Assembly: GCF_035652035.1 (NCBI RefSeq) | Contig: NZ_DASREO010000097.1 | Location: 310 to 64,309, forward strand | Length of the DNA: 64,000 bases | Direction: 5' to 3' | Origin: Bradyrhizobium sp. | GTDB lineage: Bacteria; Pseudomonadota; Alphaproteobacteria; Rhizobiales; Xanthobacteraceae | Part shown: positions 20,470-29,470 of the stretch, piece after piece | How positions within the stretch are numbered: the stretch's first letter is position 1 | How the letters are laid out: each line of letters begins with the position of its first letter | Translations under genes and position numbers: made by a program | The notes under the pieces: model-generated | Seen by the model: only the letters and a program-made list of their open reading frames with translations | The model's database searches: none | What the model was told of the DNA's origin: nothing

Positions 20470-20685
20470 CGAGAGGCTGGTTTTCGCGTTGGCTGCGCCC
20501 GCATCGGTGCCGAGCCACGGGTCCATCAGGGTTAACGCGCGGGTCGCAGGATTATTCCGGACCCCCATCACGTTTTCGCGTCAATCATGTGAGCGGCGGA
20601 TCGGCGTCACCGGCCGATCGCCGGGAATATTGCTCCGCCGCGCTGGGTCTGACCTGCAGCAGTTCAACAGTGGCAGGAGATCCCG

Positions 20686-21081
20686 GTGCGACCCGACAAA
20701 ACCAACATCATCATTTTAGTGTTTACGGCCGCCCTGGCTTTGTCGTGCGATGCGAGCTTTGCACAATCCGGTCCGACCATGTTGCAAGGTGATCCCGCGC
20801 GTGGGCAAGTCCTCTATCAGGGCTGCATGGACTGCCACTCCATCGACAAGGATGATGTGGGACCGAGACACCGTGGCGTCGTTGGCCGCCGCGCCGGAAG
20901 CATCCCGGATTTCGACTATTCGAAGGCGCTCAAAAATTCCGGGCTCGTCTGGGACGAAGCGACACTGGATCGCTGGCTGATCGACCCCAGTGCCTTGGTG
21001 CCGGGCACGCGGATGTTCTACGCCGTCGACAAAGCGCAGGATCGCGCAGACCTCATCGCTTATCTGAAGGAACAGAAATAG
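20686..21081 (+). CDS. Class I cytochrome c (c2-like)
   Basis: GDPARG...CMDCH, GP...GVVGR.AGS, PGTRM axial Met. Confidence 0.9.
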   Translation: MRPDKTNIIILVFTAALALSCDASFAQSGPTMLQGDPARGQVLYQGCMDCHSIDKDDVGPRHRGVVGRRAGSIPDFDYSKALKNSGLVWDEATLDRWLIDPSALVPGTRMFYAVDKAQDRADLIAYLKEQK

Positions 21082-21416
21082 CCGTCATTGAAGCGACGAA
21101 TGTTCGCCCCTCTTCCAGTCCGAGCTCACACCTGAGGTCGGTCGGCAAGCCCTTCAATAGACTACTGAAATACCACTATTTGAGTTTCAAATGCCGAAAT
21201 TCCATTCATTTCACAGCGTGCAGCAATTTTGAACATTCGTTGCCGGAATAGATGACAGGGCCAGAATTATAGTCTAGGAATGCAGCCCTCAGACCGGCTG
21301 AAAGGTCGACGTCTGGTGGTCCAAGTCTCGGGAGGAGCCCTGGCGCGCAAAAAGCAGCGTCGCCCCGTCAATCAAGATCAATCACGGATACGGGAAAATA
21401 GGGACGACACAATTTT

Positions 21417-21446
21417 AGGAGCAGGACTTGGTCCTGCTCCTTTTTT
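21417..21446 (+). terminator. Intrinsic terminator
   Basis: AGGAGCAGGAC-TTG-GTCCTGCTCCT followed by a T run. Confidence 0.8.
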
Positions 21447-21593
21447 ATTCGCCACGTTTTGTTTTCCGCGCGCCGGTTTTCTATTTCCACGGGCTGGAAA
21501 TCTCACGCGCGACAAGCAAACGCGATGGGTTCGCGCTGTCGCGACAAACGCAAGGGCGCAGACGCGACAAACGCCAATGCGTTTGCGCTGAGA

Positions 21594-21941
21594 TCAGTCG
21601 CGCTCGAGAAAATTCGATCCGATGTTCGCCTTTTTCCTGATCGGATCGAAATCGCAAAACACGCCATCGGCGAACAACGTGTAGCTCGGGACAATGTTGT
21701 ATTTGTCGAGCTTCACCGCGTTCAGGCCAACCACCCGCGTACTGGCGCCGCCATTCCACTTGAAAGGCGTCGAACTCTCGGCCTTTTCACAGGCCGCAAC
21801 GGCGTCAGCGAACACATAGCCTTCGACAAAACTCTTCATGGTCTGAAGCTGGGTGTTGAGCTTCCAGTCGATATAGGCCGTAACGCCCAAGCCAATGATG
21901 GCGAGCACCAACAACCCGGCAATGATCCGCTGAAACCACAT
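21594..21941 (-). CDS. Hypothetical membrane-anchored protein
   Basis: 115-aa ORF with N-terminal TM, two Cys and a GGGGAAGAG SD; co-oriented with the operon. Confidence 0.6.
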   Translation of the reverse strand: MWFQRIIAGLLVLAIIGLGVTAYIDWKLNTQLQTMKSFVEGYVFADAVAACEKAESSTPFKWNGGASTRVVGLNAVKLDKYNIVPSYTLFADGVFCDFDPIRKKANIGSNFLERD

Positions 21942-21969
21942 CTCTTCCCCCGATGCCAGCGCTGAAATC

Positions 21970-22245
21970 TCAGAACGGCAAGCCCATCATCTTCGACAAT
22001 CGATCGATATTCAGAAAACCTTCGTAGTAGGCGGCCATGCCAACGGCATAGATCACAGCCGACAGCAGTGTGGTCCAGATCAGCTTGCGGCCCATGCGGC
22101 TTGCGACCGGCGCGCCTGGATCGGTGCCCGGAGTGCCACCGCCGTCTTCGTGCTGGCTGCGCACGCCGAACGGCAGTGTCACAAACAGCGTGACCCACCA
22201 GAGGACGAAGTAGATCGCAAAGCCTGTTGAGATCGTATAGGCCAT
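21970..22245 (-). CDS. DUF1467 family membrane protein
   Basis: AIYFVLWW.TLFVTLPFGVRSQ.E...PGTDPGAP; usual position downstream of mce. Confidence 0.88.
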   Translation of the reverse strand: MAYTISTGFAIYFVLWWVTLFVTLPFGVRSQHEDGGGTPGTDPGAPVASRMGRKLIWTTLLSAVIYAVGMAAYYEGFLNIDRLSKMMGLPF

Positions 22246-22252
22246 CGTGGGT

Positions 22253-22654
22253 TCAAGCCTGTTCGATTTCGACAAGTGCGCCCGAAAAATCCTTCGGATG
22301 CAGGAACAGCACCGGCTTGCCGTGCGCGCCGATCCTGGGAACGCCATCGCCAAGCACGCGCGCGCCTTCCTTGATCAGCCGGTCACGCGCGGCAACGATA
22401 TCGGGCACGTCGTAGCAGATGTGATGGATGCCGCCGTCGGCGTTTCGCTCCAGGAACTTTGCGATCGGCGACGTATCGCCGAGCGGCTGAATGAACTCGA
22501 TCTTGGTGTTCGGCAAGGTGACGAAGACGGTGATGACGCCGTGTTCCGGCAACGGCACCGCGGCCGACACCTCCGCGCCGAGCGCGCCATAGATTTGGGC
22601 CGCCTTTTCGGCGTCCTTGACTGCAATTGCGACGTGATTAAGCCGGCCGAGCAT
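22253..22654 (-). CDS. mce: Methylmalonyl-CoA epimerase
   Basis: LNHVAIAV, GGIHHICY, GAHGKPVLFLHPKD...VEIEQ. Confidence 0.95.
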   Translation of the reverse strand: MLGRLNHVAIAVKDAEKAAQIYGALGAEVSAAVPLPEHGVITVFVTLPNTKIEFIQPLGDTSPIAKFLERNADGGIHHICYDVPDIVAARDRLIKEGARVLGDGVPRIGAHGKPVLFLHPKDFSGALVEIEQA

Positions 22655-22655
22655 C

Positions 22656-22822
22656 CTAGTGTCCCGATTCCGAAGTTCGTATCCTCTTGCGGCCCCACGA
22701 TTACGAACTTCGGAATCGAAGGGACGCTAGCAAACCTATTGATCCAGTGTGGCTTTGGTTCAGCAGTCCCGCATGATGAACTCGCCGCGACGATGATGCG
22801 GACTTCTGAACCGCCACACTAG
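22656..22822. repeat. CTAG-bounded double-hairpin MITE/REPIN-like element, copy 2
   Basis: CTAGTGTCCC-GATTCCGAAGTTCGTA...TACGAACTTCGGAATC-GAA-GGGACGCTAG, then CAGTGTGGC-TTT-GGTTCAG...CTGAACC-GCCACACTAG. Confidence 0.85.
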
Positions 22823-23982
22823 TGTTCTGTCCCGTAAGTTCGTAGCATAATTATTGCATCGGTTTCGGGTATCCTTATCGAAGGAGATACCCGATGCGCA
22901 CCGGACGGCCGAAGGCGACGCTGACGATTTCGAGTGACGAACGTACGCAACTCATGGCCATCACACGGTCGCGCTCGCTCCCTGCGGCGCTGACGCTGCG
23001 GGCAAAGATGGTGCTGGCCTGCGAACGTGAACCGAGCAATGCCATCGTGGCGACGCGGCTCGGTGTCGGCCCTCATACGATCGGCAAATGGCGCAATCGC
23101 TTCGTCGCAGATCGGATCGAGGGGCTCTACGACGAGATGCGTACCGGCAGGCCTCGCACGGTTGAGGATGAGGCTGTGGCCGAGATGATCACCAAGACAC
23201 TCGCTCGCAAGCCCAAAGCCGCAACCCATTGGAGCGTGCGCGCCATCGCCAAAGAGACGGGCATTGCCAAAAGCACCGTTCATCGCTTGTTCCAACTCTT
23301 CGGGCTGCAGCCTCACCGCACCCGCAGCTTCAAACTCTCGACCGATCCCTTCTTTGTCGAGAAGCTGCGCGACGTGGTCGGGCTCTATCTCAATCCGCCT
23401 GACAAGGCCGTGGTGCTTTGCGTCGATGAGAAGAGCCAAATTCAGGCCCTCGAACGAACCCAGCCCATGCTTCCTATGGGGTTCGGCTACATCGAAGGCG
23501 TCACCCACGACTACGAGCGTCATGGCACAACCACTCTGTTCGCCGCCCTTAACGTGCTCGACGGCGCAATCATCGCTCAATGCAAACCCCGCCATCGTCA
23601 CCAGGAGTTCCTCGCCTTCCTGCGTCACATCGAAGCTAACGTGCCGCCCCAACTGGACATCCATCTCGTCGTCGATAACTACGCCACCCACAAGCATCCC
23701 AAGGTTAGGATCTGGCTCGCCCGACGCCCGCGTTGGCACATTCACTTCACGCCAACCTACGCCTCCTGGCTCAACCAGGTCGAACGCTTCTTCGCGCTCA
23801 TCACCCAGCGTGCGATCCGGCGGGGATCGTTCGATTCCACCGCCGACCTCGTCAAAAAAATCGACCGCTTTATCCGCACCCACAATGCAGACGCTCGTCC
23901 CTTCGTCTGGACCGCAACTGCCGACTCCATTCTCCAGAAACTCGCGCGACTTTGTCAGCGAATTTGCGGGACAGAACACTAG
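22819..23982 (+). mobile_element. IS630-family insertion sequence
   Basis: Imperfect TIRs TGTTCTGTCCCGTAAGTTCG / rc TGTTCTGTCCCGCAAATTCG, with CTAG at both ends. Confidence 0.95.
22894..23982 (+). CDS. IS630-family DDE transposase
   Basis: N-terminal HTH, VDEKSQIQAL, VDNYATHK, TPTYASWLNQVE; the stop TAG lies in the terminal CTAG. Confidence 0.96.
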   Translation: MRTGRPKATLTISSDERTQLMAITRSRSLPAALTLRAKMVLACEREPSNAIVATRLGVGPHTIGKWRNRFVADRIEGLYDEMRTGRPRTVEDEAVAEMITKTLARKPKAATHWSVRAIAKETGIAKSTVHRLFQLFGLQPHRTRSFKLSTDPFFVEKLRDVVGLYLNPPDKAVVLCVDEKSQIQALERTQPMLPMGFGYIEGVTHDYERHGTTTLFAALNVLDGAIIAQCKPRHRHQEFLAFLRHIEANVPPQLDIHLVVDNYATHKHPKVRIWLARRPRWHIHFTPTYASWLNQVERFFALITQRAIRRGSFDSTADLVKKIDRFIRTHNADARPFVWTATADSILQKLARLCQRICGTEH

Positions 23983-24022
23983 CGCCTCCCGCGTTCGTTA
24001 TAGCTTGGGGCTACCGCTCCGC

Positions 24023-25693
24023 CTAGACCATGAGCACGTGGACGAAGCACAGCGGCTTCTTGCCCCAATGCTCGTTCACGGACGCGCGAACCGCCCTGCG
24101 CACCGATTCCGCCAGTGCATCCGGATCGCGCCGCCGCGCCCGCGGCAGGCCTTCCACCGTCGAGACGATGACGTCGAACACGATGTCGTCGAGGACCTCG
24201 CCCGCTGCGTTCTTTTCGGGAATACCGATCAGCTCGATCTCGGGGTCATCGGCAAGCTCGCCCTTTTCGTCCATCGCCAGCGCCACGAAGGCGCAGCCGG
24301 CAAACGCCATGCGCCGCCTTTCGACGACGGCGCGTGATTTGGAATCCTCCAGGATCGTGCCGTCCTTGTAGAGCCGCCCCGACGGCACCTCATCGATGAT
24401 GCCGGGCTCGCCGGGTCCAAGCTTGACCTGGTCGCCGTTGCGGCAAATCAGCACCTTTGGAACGCCGGCAGCGCGCGCCAGCTTCGCGTGCTCGAACAGA
24501 TGCAACGCCTCGCCGTGAACCGGAATGAGCAGTTGCGGGCGCACCCAGCCGATCAGGTCGCGCAACTCGTCGCGGCGCGGATGACCCGATACATGCACGA
24601 GATGGGTTCGGTCGGTAATGACTTCAACGCCTTGCGTGATCAGGCCGTTGATGATCGACCCGACAGCCTTCTCGTTACCGGGGATCGTTCGCGAGGAAAA
24701 GATCACGCAGTCGCCCTTGTTGAGGGTCACCTGCGGATGATCGTCATTGGCGATGCGGGCGAGCGCCGCGCGCGGCTCGCCCTGGCTTCCCGTGCACAGC
24801 GCCAGCACCTTGTCCGGCGGGAAATGACCGTAAAGCTCGGCGCTGCGGAAATTCTGCACGCCGTCGAGATAACCGGTTTCGCGCGCAACCTGGACGACGC
24901 GATCCATGGCGCGCCCGACCACCACGACCTCGCGTCCCGATGCGCGCGCGGCATCCGCGACCGCGCGAATGCGGGCGACGTTGGAGGCAAAGGTCGTCAC
25001 GGCAACCCGGCCTTTGGCGGCCTTCACGAGCTCGATAATGGTCTTGGCGACTTCGGTCTCTGACGGCGAGCGGCCATCGCGGACCGCATTGGTGGAATCG
25101 CCGACCAGCGCTAGCACGCCGGCGTCGCCCAGCTCGCGCAGCCGCCGCTCATCGGTCGGCGGCCCCGTCACCGGCGTCGGATCGAGCTTCCAGTCACCCG
25201 TATGCAGCGCCGTTCCCGCAGCCGTGTGAATGGCAAGCGCATGCGATTCCGGAATCGAGTGTGCGACTGGGATGAACTCGACGCCGAACGGCCCGAGTTC
25301 GATCCGGCCGCCCGAGGGCACGACGGTGACCGGAATCTTCGGCGGATTGCGCTCGGCGGCGCATTTCGCCTCGAACAACGCGGCTGAGAATTTGGTCGCA
25401 TAGATCGGGCATTTCAGCCGCGGCCAGAGATCGATGATGGCGCCGAAATGATCTTCGTGGGCATGCGTCAGCACGAGCCCAACCAGATTCTTCCGCTCTT
25501 TCACCAGAAAGCTGATGTCGGGCATGATGGTGTCGATGCCCGGAAGGTGTTCCTCATCGCCGAAGGACACACCGAGATCCACCGCCAGCCACGATCGCTG
25601 CCGCGGGTTGGCGAAACCATAGACCGACAGGTTCATGCCGATCTCGCCGACACCGCCCAGCGGAGCAAAGGTGAACTCGCCTGCCTCTGCCAT
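24023..25693 (-). CDS. rnj: Ribonuclease J
   Basis: PLGGVGEIGMN, THAHEDHFG, HSIPE, HTGDWK, HVSGH. Confidence 0.96.
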   Translation of the reverse strand: MAEAGEFTFAPLGGVGEIGMNLSVYGFANPRQRSWLAVDLGVSFGDEEHLPGIDTIMPDISFLVKERKNLVGLVLTHAHEDHFGAIIDLWPRLKCPIYATKFSAALFEAKCAAERNPPKIPVTVVPSGGRIELGPFGVEFIPVAHSIPESHALAIHTAAGTALHTGDWKLDPTPVTGPPTDERRLRELGDAGVLALVGDSTNAVRDGRSPSETEVAKTIIELVKAAKGRVAVTTFASNVARIRAVADAARASGREVVVVGRAMDRVVQVARETGYLDGVQNFRSAELYGHFPPDKVLALCTGSQGEPRAALARIANDDHPQVTLNKGDCVIFSSRTIPGNEKAVGSIINGLITQGVEVITDRTHLVHVSGHPRRDELRDLIGWVRPQLLIPVHGEALHLFEHAKLARAAGVPKVLICRNGDQVKLGPGEPGIIDEVPSGRLYKDGTILEDSKSRAVVERRRMAFAGCAFVALAMDEKGELADDPEIELIGIPEKNAAGEVLDDIVFDVIVSTVEGLPRARRRDPDALAESVRRAVRASVNEHWGKKPLCFVHVLMV

Positions 25694-26505
25694 CAACCGG
25701 CCCCTGCGGACGCGGCTGCGCCGAAATGCACGTCGCCGGCTGAAATCGAAACCCTCTCTCCGGTGGACGTTTTGACGATCATGCAGCCCGTGTCATCGAT
25801 GGTGTCAAAGATGCCCGACACCGTGGCATTGCCGGTATGGACCGCGACAGGCTGTCCGAGTCCGGTCGCGAACGCCAGCCAGCGCCGGCGGATTTCGCCA
25901 AATCCCTTGCCCTGATCCCAAATCGCGCGGCATTCGGCCCAGCTGTCCGATAGCGCCGCAAACAGCGCCTCGGCGCTGGTATCGACGCCAAGTGCCTTGA
26001 GCGATATGGCGGGCGTTGGCATGCCCTCGGGCGCGGCAACGACATTGGTGCCGATCCCGACCACGACCGCCAGGCGAGCGCCGCCCACAGCCTCCGCTTC
26101 CAGATTGATGCCGACGATCTTCATTCCGTTCGCCAGCACGTCATTGGGCCATTTCAGGGAGAAGTCCGGCTGGCTCAGCCCCGCCGCCTTCGGTCCCGCC
26201 TCAGCACTCACCCGGCGAAGCGCCGTCCCGGCGGCGAGACCGGCGGCAAACCCCAGGGTCGCCGCAACCGCCGGCGCGACGTCCATCACTTCCATGATGC
26301 TGCTTGCGAGGTTGCCTCGCGGTGCGATCCAGGGGCGATTCCGCCGGCCGCGCCCCGCTGTCTGCTCCGTCGTCACGAACCACATCGGCCCGCACTCGCC
26401 CTCACGCGCCCGTGCCATGGCTTCCACATTGGTGGAGCCGGTCTTGTCGAAGGCAGCGAGACGGTAACCTTGAGATGTTGCGCGTGGACCGAGCGTGAAT
26501 GCCAT
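25693..26505 (-). CDS. birA: Biotin--[acetyl-CoA-carboxylase] ligase (no HTH)
   Basis: GSTN, QTAGRGRR, LKWPND, GIGTN, AGDV. Confidence 0.94.
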   Translation of the reverse strand: MAFTLGPRATSQGYRLAAFDKTGSTNVEAMARAREGECGPMWFVTTEQTAGRGRRNRPWIAPRGNLASSIMEVMDVAPAVAATLGFAAGLAAGTALRRVSAEAGPKAAGLSQPDFSLKWPNDVLANGMKIVGINLEAEAVGGARLAVVVGIGTNVVAAPEGMPTPAISLKALGVDTSAEALFAALSDSWAECRAIWDQGKGFGEIRRRWLAFATGLGQPVAVHTGNATVSGIFDTIDDTGCMIVKTSTGERVSISAGDVHFGAAASAGAG

Positions 26506-27942
26506 CTAAAAAAGTGATTTGGCCGCTGCCGAGGCGATGCTCACCAGCGGTCCGGGATAAACGAAGAAAAGCAGATTGAAGAAACCGGCAACCGCCAGCA
26601 CCGTGCCCACTTCAACGCGGACCGGGTCAAGCTTTGCGAGCGGCTCGTCGAAATACATGACCTTGACGATCGAGAGATAGTAATAGGCACCGATCACGCT
26701 GGTGATCACGCCGATGACCGCAAGCGTAAACAGGCCCGCCTTGATGGCGGCGACGAACACGTAAAATTTGCCGAAGAAGCCCGCGAGCGGCGGAACGCCG
26801 GCCAGCGAGAACAACAGCATCGCAAACAGGAAGGCCAGCAAGGGATTGGTGCGGGACAGTCCGGCAAAGTCCGAGATGTTCTCGACGTGCTGACCGTTGC
26901 GTTTCATCGCCAGGATGACCGCGAAGCTGCCGAGCGTCATCGCAACATAGATGGCCACATAGACCAGAACGCCTTGAGCGCCCTCAGCCGTGCCCGAAGC
27001 GAGGCCCACCAGCGCAAAACCCATGTGACCGATCGACGAATAGGCCATCAGGCGCTTGATGTTCTTTTGGCCGATCGCAGCAAACGAGCCGAGCGCCATC
27101 GAGGCGATCGAAACGAACACCACGATCTGCTGCCATTGCGGAACGATGCCGGGAAACGCGGTCAGCGTCACGCGGGTGAACACCGCCATGGCCGCGACCT
27201 TCGGGGCGGAGGCGAAGAAGGCCGTCACCGGGGTCGGCGCACCCTCATAGACGTCGGGCGTCCACATATGGAACGGAACGGCCGAGACCTTGAAGCAAAG
27301 CCCGGCGAGCAGGAACACGATGCCGAAAACAATGCCGATCGAGCCGGTTTTTGCGGCCGCCGCGATGCCGGCAAAGCTGACCGTGCCGGTGAAGCCATAG
27401 ATCAGCGAGGCGCCATAGAGCAGCATGCCGGAGGAGAGCGCGCCCAGCACGAAATATTTCAGTCCCGCTTCGGTTGATTTGGCGTTGTCGCGGTTGGAGG
27501 CCGCGACCACGTAAAGCGCAAGGCTCATCAGCTCGAGGCCGAGATAGAGCATGATCAAGTCGCCGGCCGAGATCAGCACCATCATGCCGAGCGTCGAAAG
27601 CAGCACCAGAATGGAATATTCGAAGATGCGCCGGGACGGGTCGGCGAGAAACTCGGTCGACAGGACAAGCGTCGCGCCCGAACCGATAATGGCGAGAACC
27701 TTCAGGAAGCGGGCGAAGTCGTCGACGATGAAGCTGCCGTTGAAGGTGACGAGCTTTCCGGCCGGCAGCGTCAGCTCCAGCACGGCGACGATGACGAGAA
27801 GAACGAGCGCGAGGCCATTGATCAGGCCGGTGGTGCGGATGCCCTGATAGGCTCCGACCATCAGCAGCACCATGGCCCCGACCGCCAGAACGAGTTCCGG
27901 CAGTACCGGCAGCAACTGATAACCTGCGCTTTCAAAGCTCAT
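26506..27942 (-). CDS. nuoN: NADH-quinone oxidoreductase subunit N
   Basis: EAGLKYF, FKVSAVPFHMWTPDVYEGAP; operon order. Confidence 0.97.
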   Translation of the reverse strand: MSFESAGYQLLPVLPELVLAVGAMVLLMVGAYQGIRTTGLINGLALVLLVIVAVLELTLPAGKLVTFNGSFIVDDFARFLKVLAIIGSGATLVLSTEFLADPSRRIFEYSILVLLSTLGMMVLISAGDLIMLYLGLELMSLALYVVAASNRDNAKSTEAGLKYFVLGALSSGMLLYGASLIYGFTGTVSFAGIAAAAKTGSIGIVFGIVFLLAGLCFKVSAVPFHMWTPDVYEGAPTPVTAFFASAPKVAAMAVFTRVTLTAFPGIVPQWQQIVVFVSIASMALGSFAAIGQKNIKRLMAYSSIGHMGFALVGLASGTAEGAQGVLVYVAIYVAMTLGSFAVILAMKRNGQHVENISDFAGLSRTNPLLAFLFAMLLFSLAGVPPLAGFFGKFYVFVAAIKAGLFTLAVIGVITSVIGAYYYLSIVKVMYFDEPLAKLDPVRVEVGTVLAVAGFFNLLFFVYPGPLVSIASAAAKSLF

Positions 27943-27958
27943 CGTACGTCGTCCAGTT

Positions 27959-29467
27959 TTATGGCGCGAGCGACGCCGCCTTCACGGCGGTCACTGCGGT
28001 ATTGTAGTTGTTGACCAGTTGCTGCACCGAGGTCGCCGACATATCGAGCACCGGCTTCGGATAGAAGCCGAACAGGATGGTGAGGGCCACCAGCGGCACC
28101 AGCGTCAGGCTCTCGCGGAACGTCAGATCCTTGATGGTGGCGAGCGACGGCTTGACCAGCGCGCCGAACACCATCTTGCGATAGAGCCAGAGCGCATAAG
28201 CCGCCGACAGGATCACGCCTGATGTTGCGAACACTGTGGTCGGCAGCGACACCTTGAAGGTGCCGATCAGGGTCATGAACTCGCCGACGAAGCCTGACGT
28301 TCCGGGCAGACCGACATTGGCCATGGTGAAGACCATGAACACCAGCGCATAAAGCGGCATGCGGTTGACCAGCCCGCCATAAGCGGCGATCTCGCGGGTA
28401 TGCATGCGGTCATAGACGATGCCGACGCAGAGGAACAGCGCACCCGACACGATGCCGTGCGAAATCATCTGGAACACGCCACCGGCAACGCCCTGGGTGG
28501 TGCCGGCGAAGATTCCCATGGTGACGAAGCCCATGTGCGCCACGGAGGAATAGGCGATCAGCTTCTTCATGTCCTCCTGCATCAGCGCGACCAGCGAGGT
28601 GTAGATGATCGCGATCACCGACAGCGAGAAGATCAGCGGCGCAAAATACTGCGAAGCCAGCGGGAACATCGGCAACGAGAAGCGCAGGAAACCGTAGCCG
28701 CCCATCTTCAGCAGGATCGCCGCCAGGATCACCGAGCCTGCGGTCGGCGCCTCGACGTGCGCGTCCGGCAGCCAGGTATGCACCGGCCACATCGGCATCT
28801 TCACCGCGAAGGAGGCAAAGAATGCCAGCCACGCCCAGGTCTGCAGGCTGCGCGGCACGGCCGTATGCATCAGCGTCGGGATGTCGGTCGTTCCGGCGTT
28901 CCAGTACAGCGCCATGATTGCGAGCAGCATCAGCACGGAACCGAGGAACGTATAGAGGAAGAACTTGAAGGAGGCGTAGACCCGGCGCGGTCCGCCCCAG
29001 ATGCCGATGATCAGGAACATCGGGATCAGGCCGCCCTCGAAGAACAGGTAGAACAGCACGAGGTCGAGCGCCGAGAAAGTGCCGACCATCAGCGTTTCCA
29101 GGATCAGGAACGCCATCATGTATTCGCGCACGCGCACCTTCACCGACTTCCAGCTCGCCACGATGCAGAACGGCATCAAGGCGGTGGTCAGGATCACGAA
29201 CGGCAGCGAAATGCCGTCCACGCCCATATGGTAGGTGATGGCGTTGGCAAGCCACGGCGCCTTCTCGACGAACTGAAAGTCGGCAACCGACGGATCGAAC
29301 CGCGCCACCAGGATCAGCGACACCGCGAAGGTCACGACCGTCGTCCACAGCGCGATCCAGCGCGCATTGCGCTGTGCCGCCTCGTCGTCGCCCCTGACGA
29401 GATAGACCAGAAGCGCGCCGAGCGTCGGCAGGAAGGTAACGACCGAAAGAATGGGCCAGGTCGTCAT
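27959..29467 (-). CDS. nuoM: NADH-quinone oxidoreductase subunit M
   Basis: [28 protein letters not shown]. Confidence 0.97.
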   Translation of the reverse strand: MTTWPILSVVTFLPTLGALLVYLVRGDDEAAQRNARWIALWTTVVTFAVSLILVARFDPSVADFQFVEKAPWLANAITYHMGVDGISLPFVILTTALMPFCIVASWKSVKVRVREYMMAFLILETLMVGTFSALDLVLFYLFFEGGLIPMFLIIGIWGGPRRVYASFKFFLYTFLGSVLMLLAIMALYWNAGTTDIPTLMHTAVPRSLQTWAWLAFFASFAVKMPMWPVHTWLPDAHVEAPTAGSVILAAILLKMGGYGFLRFSLPMFPLASQYFAPLIFSLSVIAIIYTSLVALMQEDMKKLIAYSSVAHMGFVTMGIFAGTTQGVAGGVFQMISHGIVSGALFLCVGIVYDRMHTREIAAYGGLVNRMPLYALVFMVFTMANVGLPGTSGFVGEFMTLIGTFKVSLPTTVFATSGVILSAAYALWLYRKMVFGALVKPSLATIKDLTFRESLTLVPLVALTILFGFYPKPVLDMSATSVQQLVNNYNTAVTAVKAASLAP

Positions 29468-29470
29468 CGG

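Noticed and set aside
21505-21595. Short GCGACAAACGC repeats
   Set aside because: Too short and degenerate to define; possibly a remnant of an intergenic repeat.
22819-23979. 386-aa antisense ORF running from TIR to TIR in the IS630
   Set aside because: In codon register with the transposase; the shared GTEH* ending follows from TIR symmetry. No independent evidence of coding.
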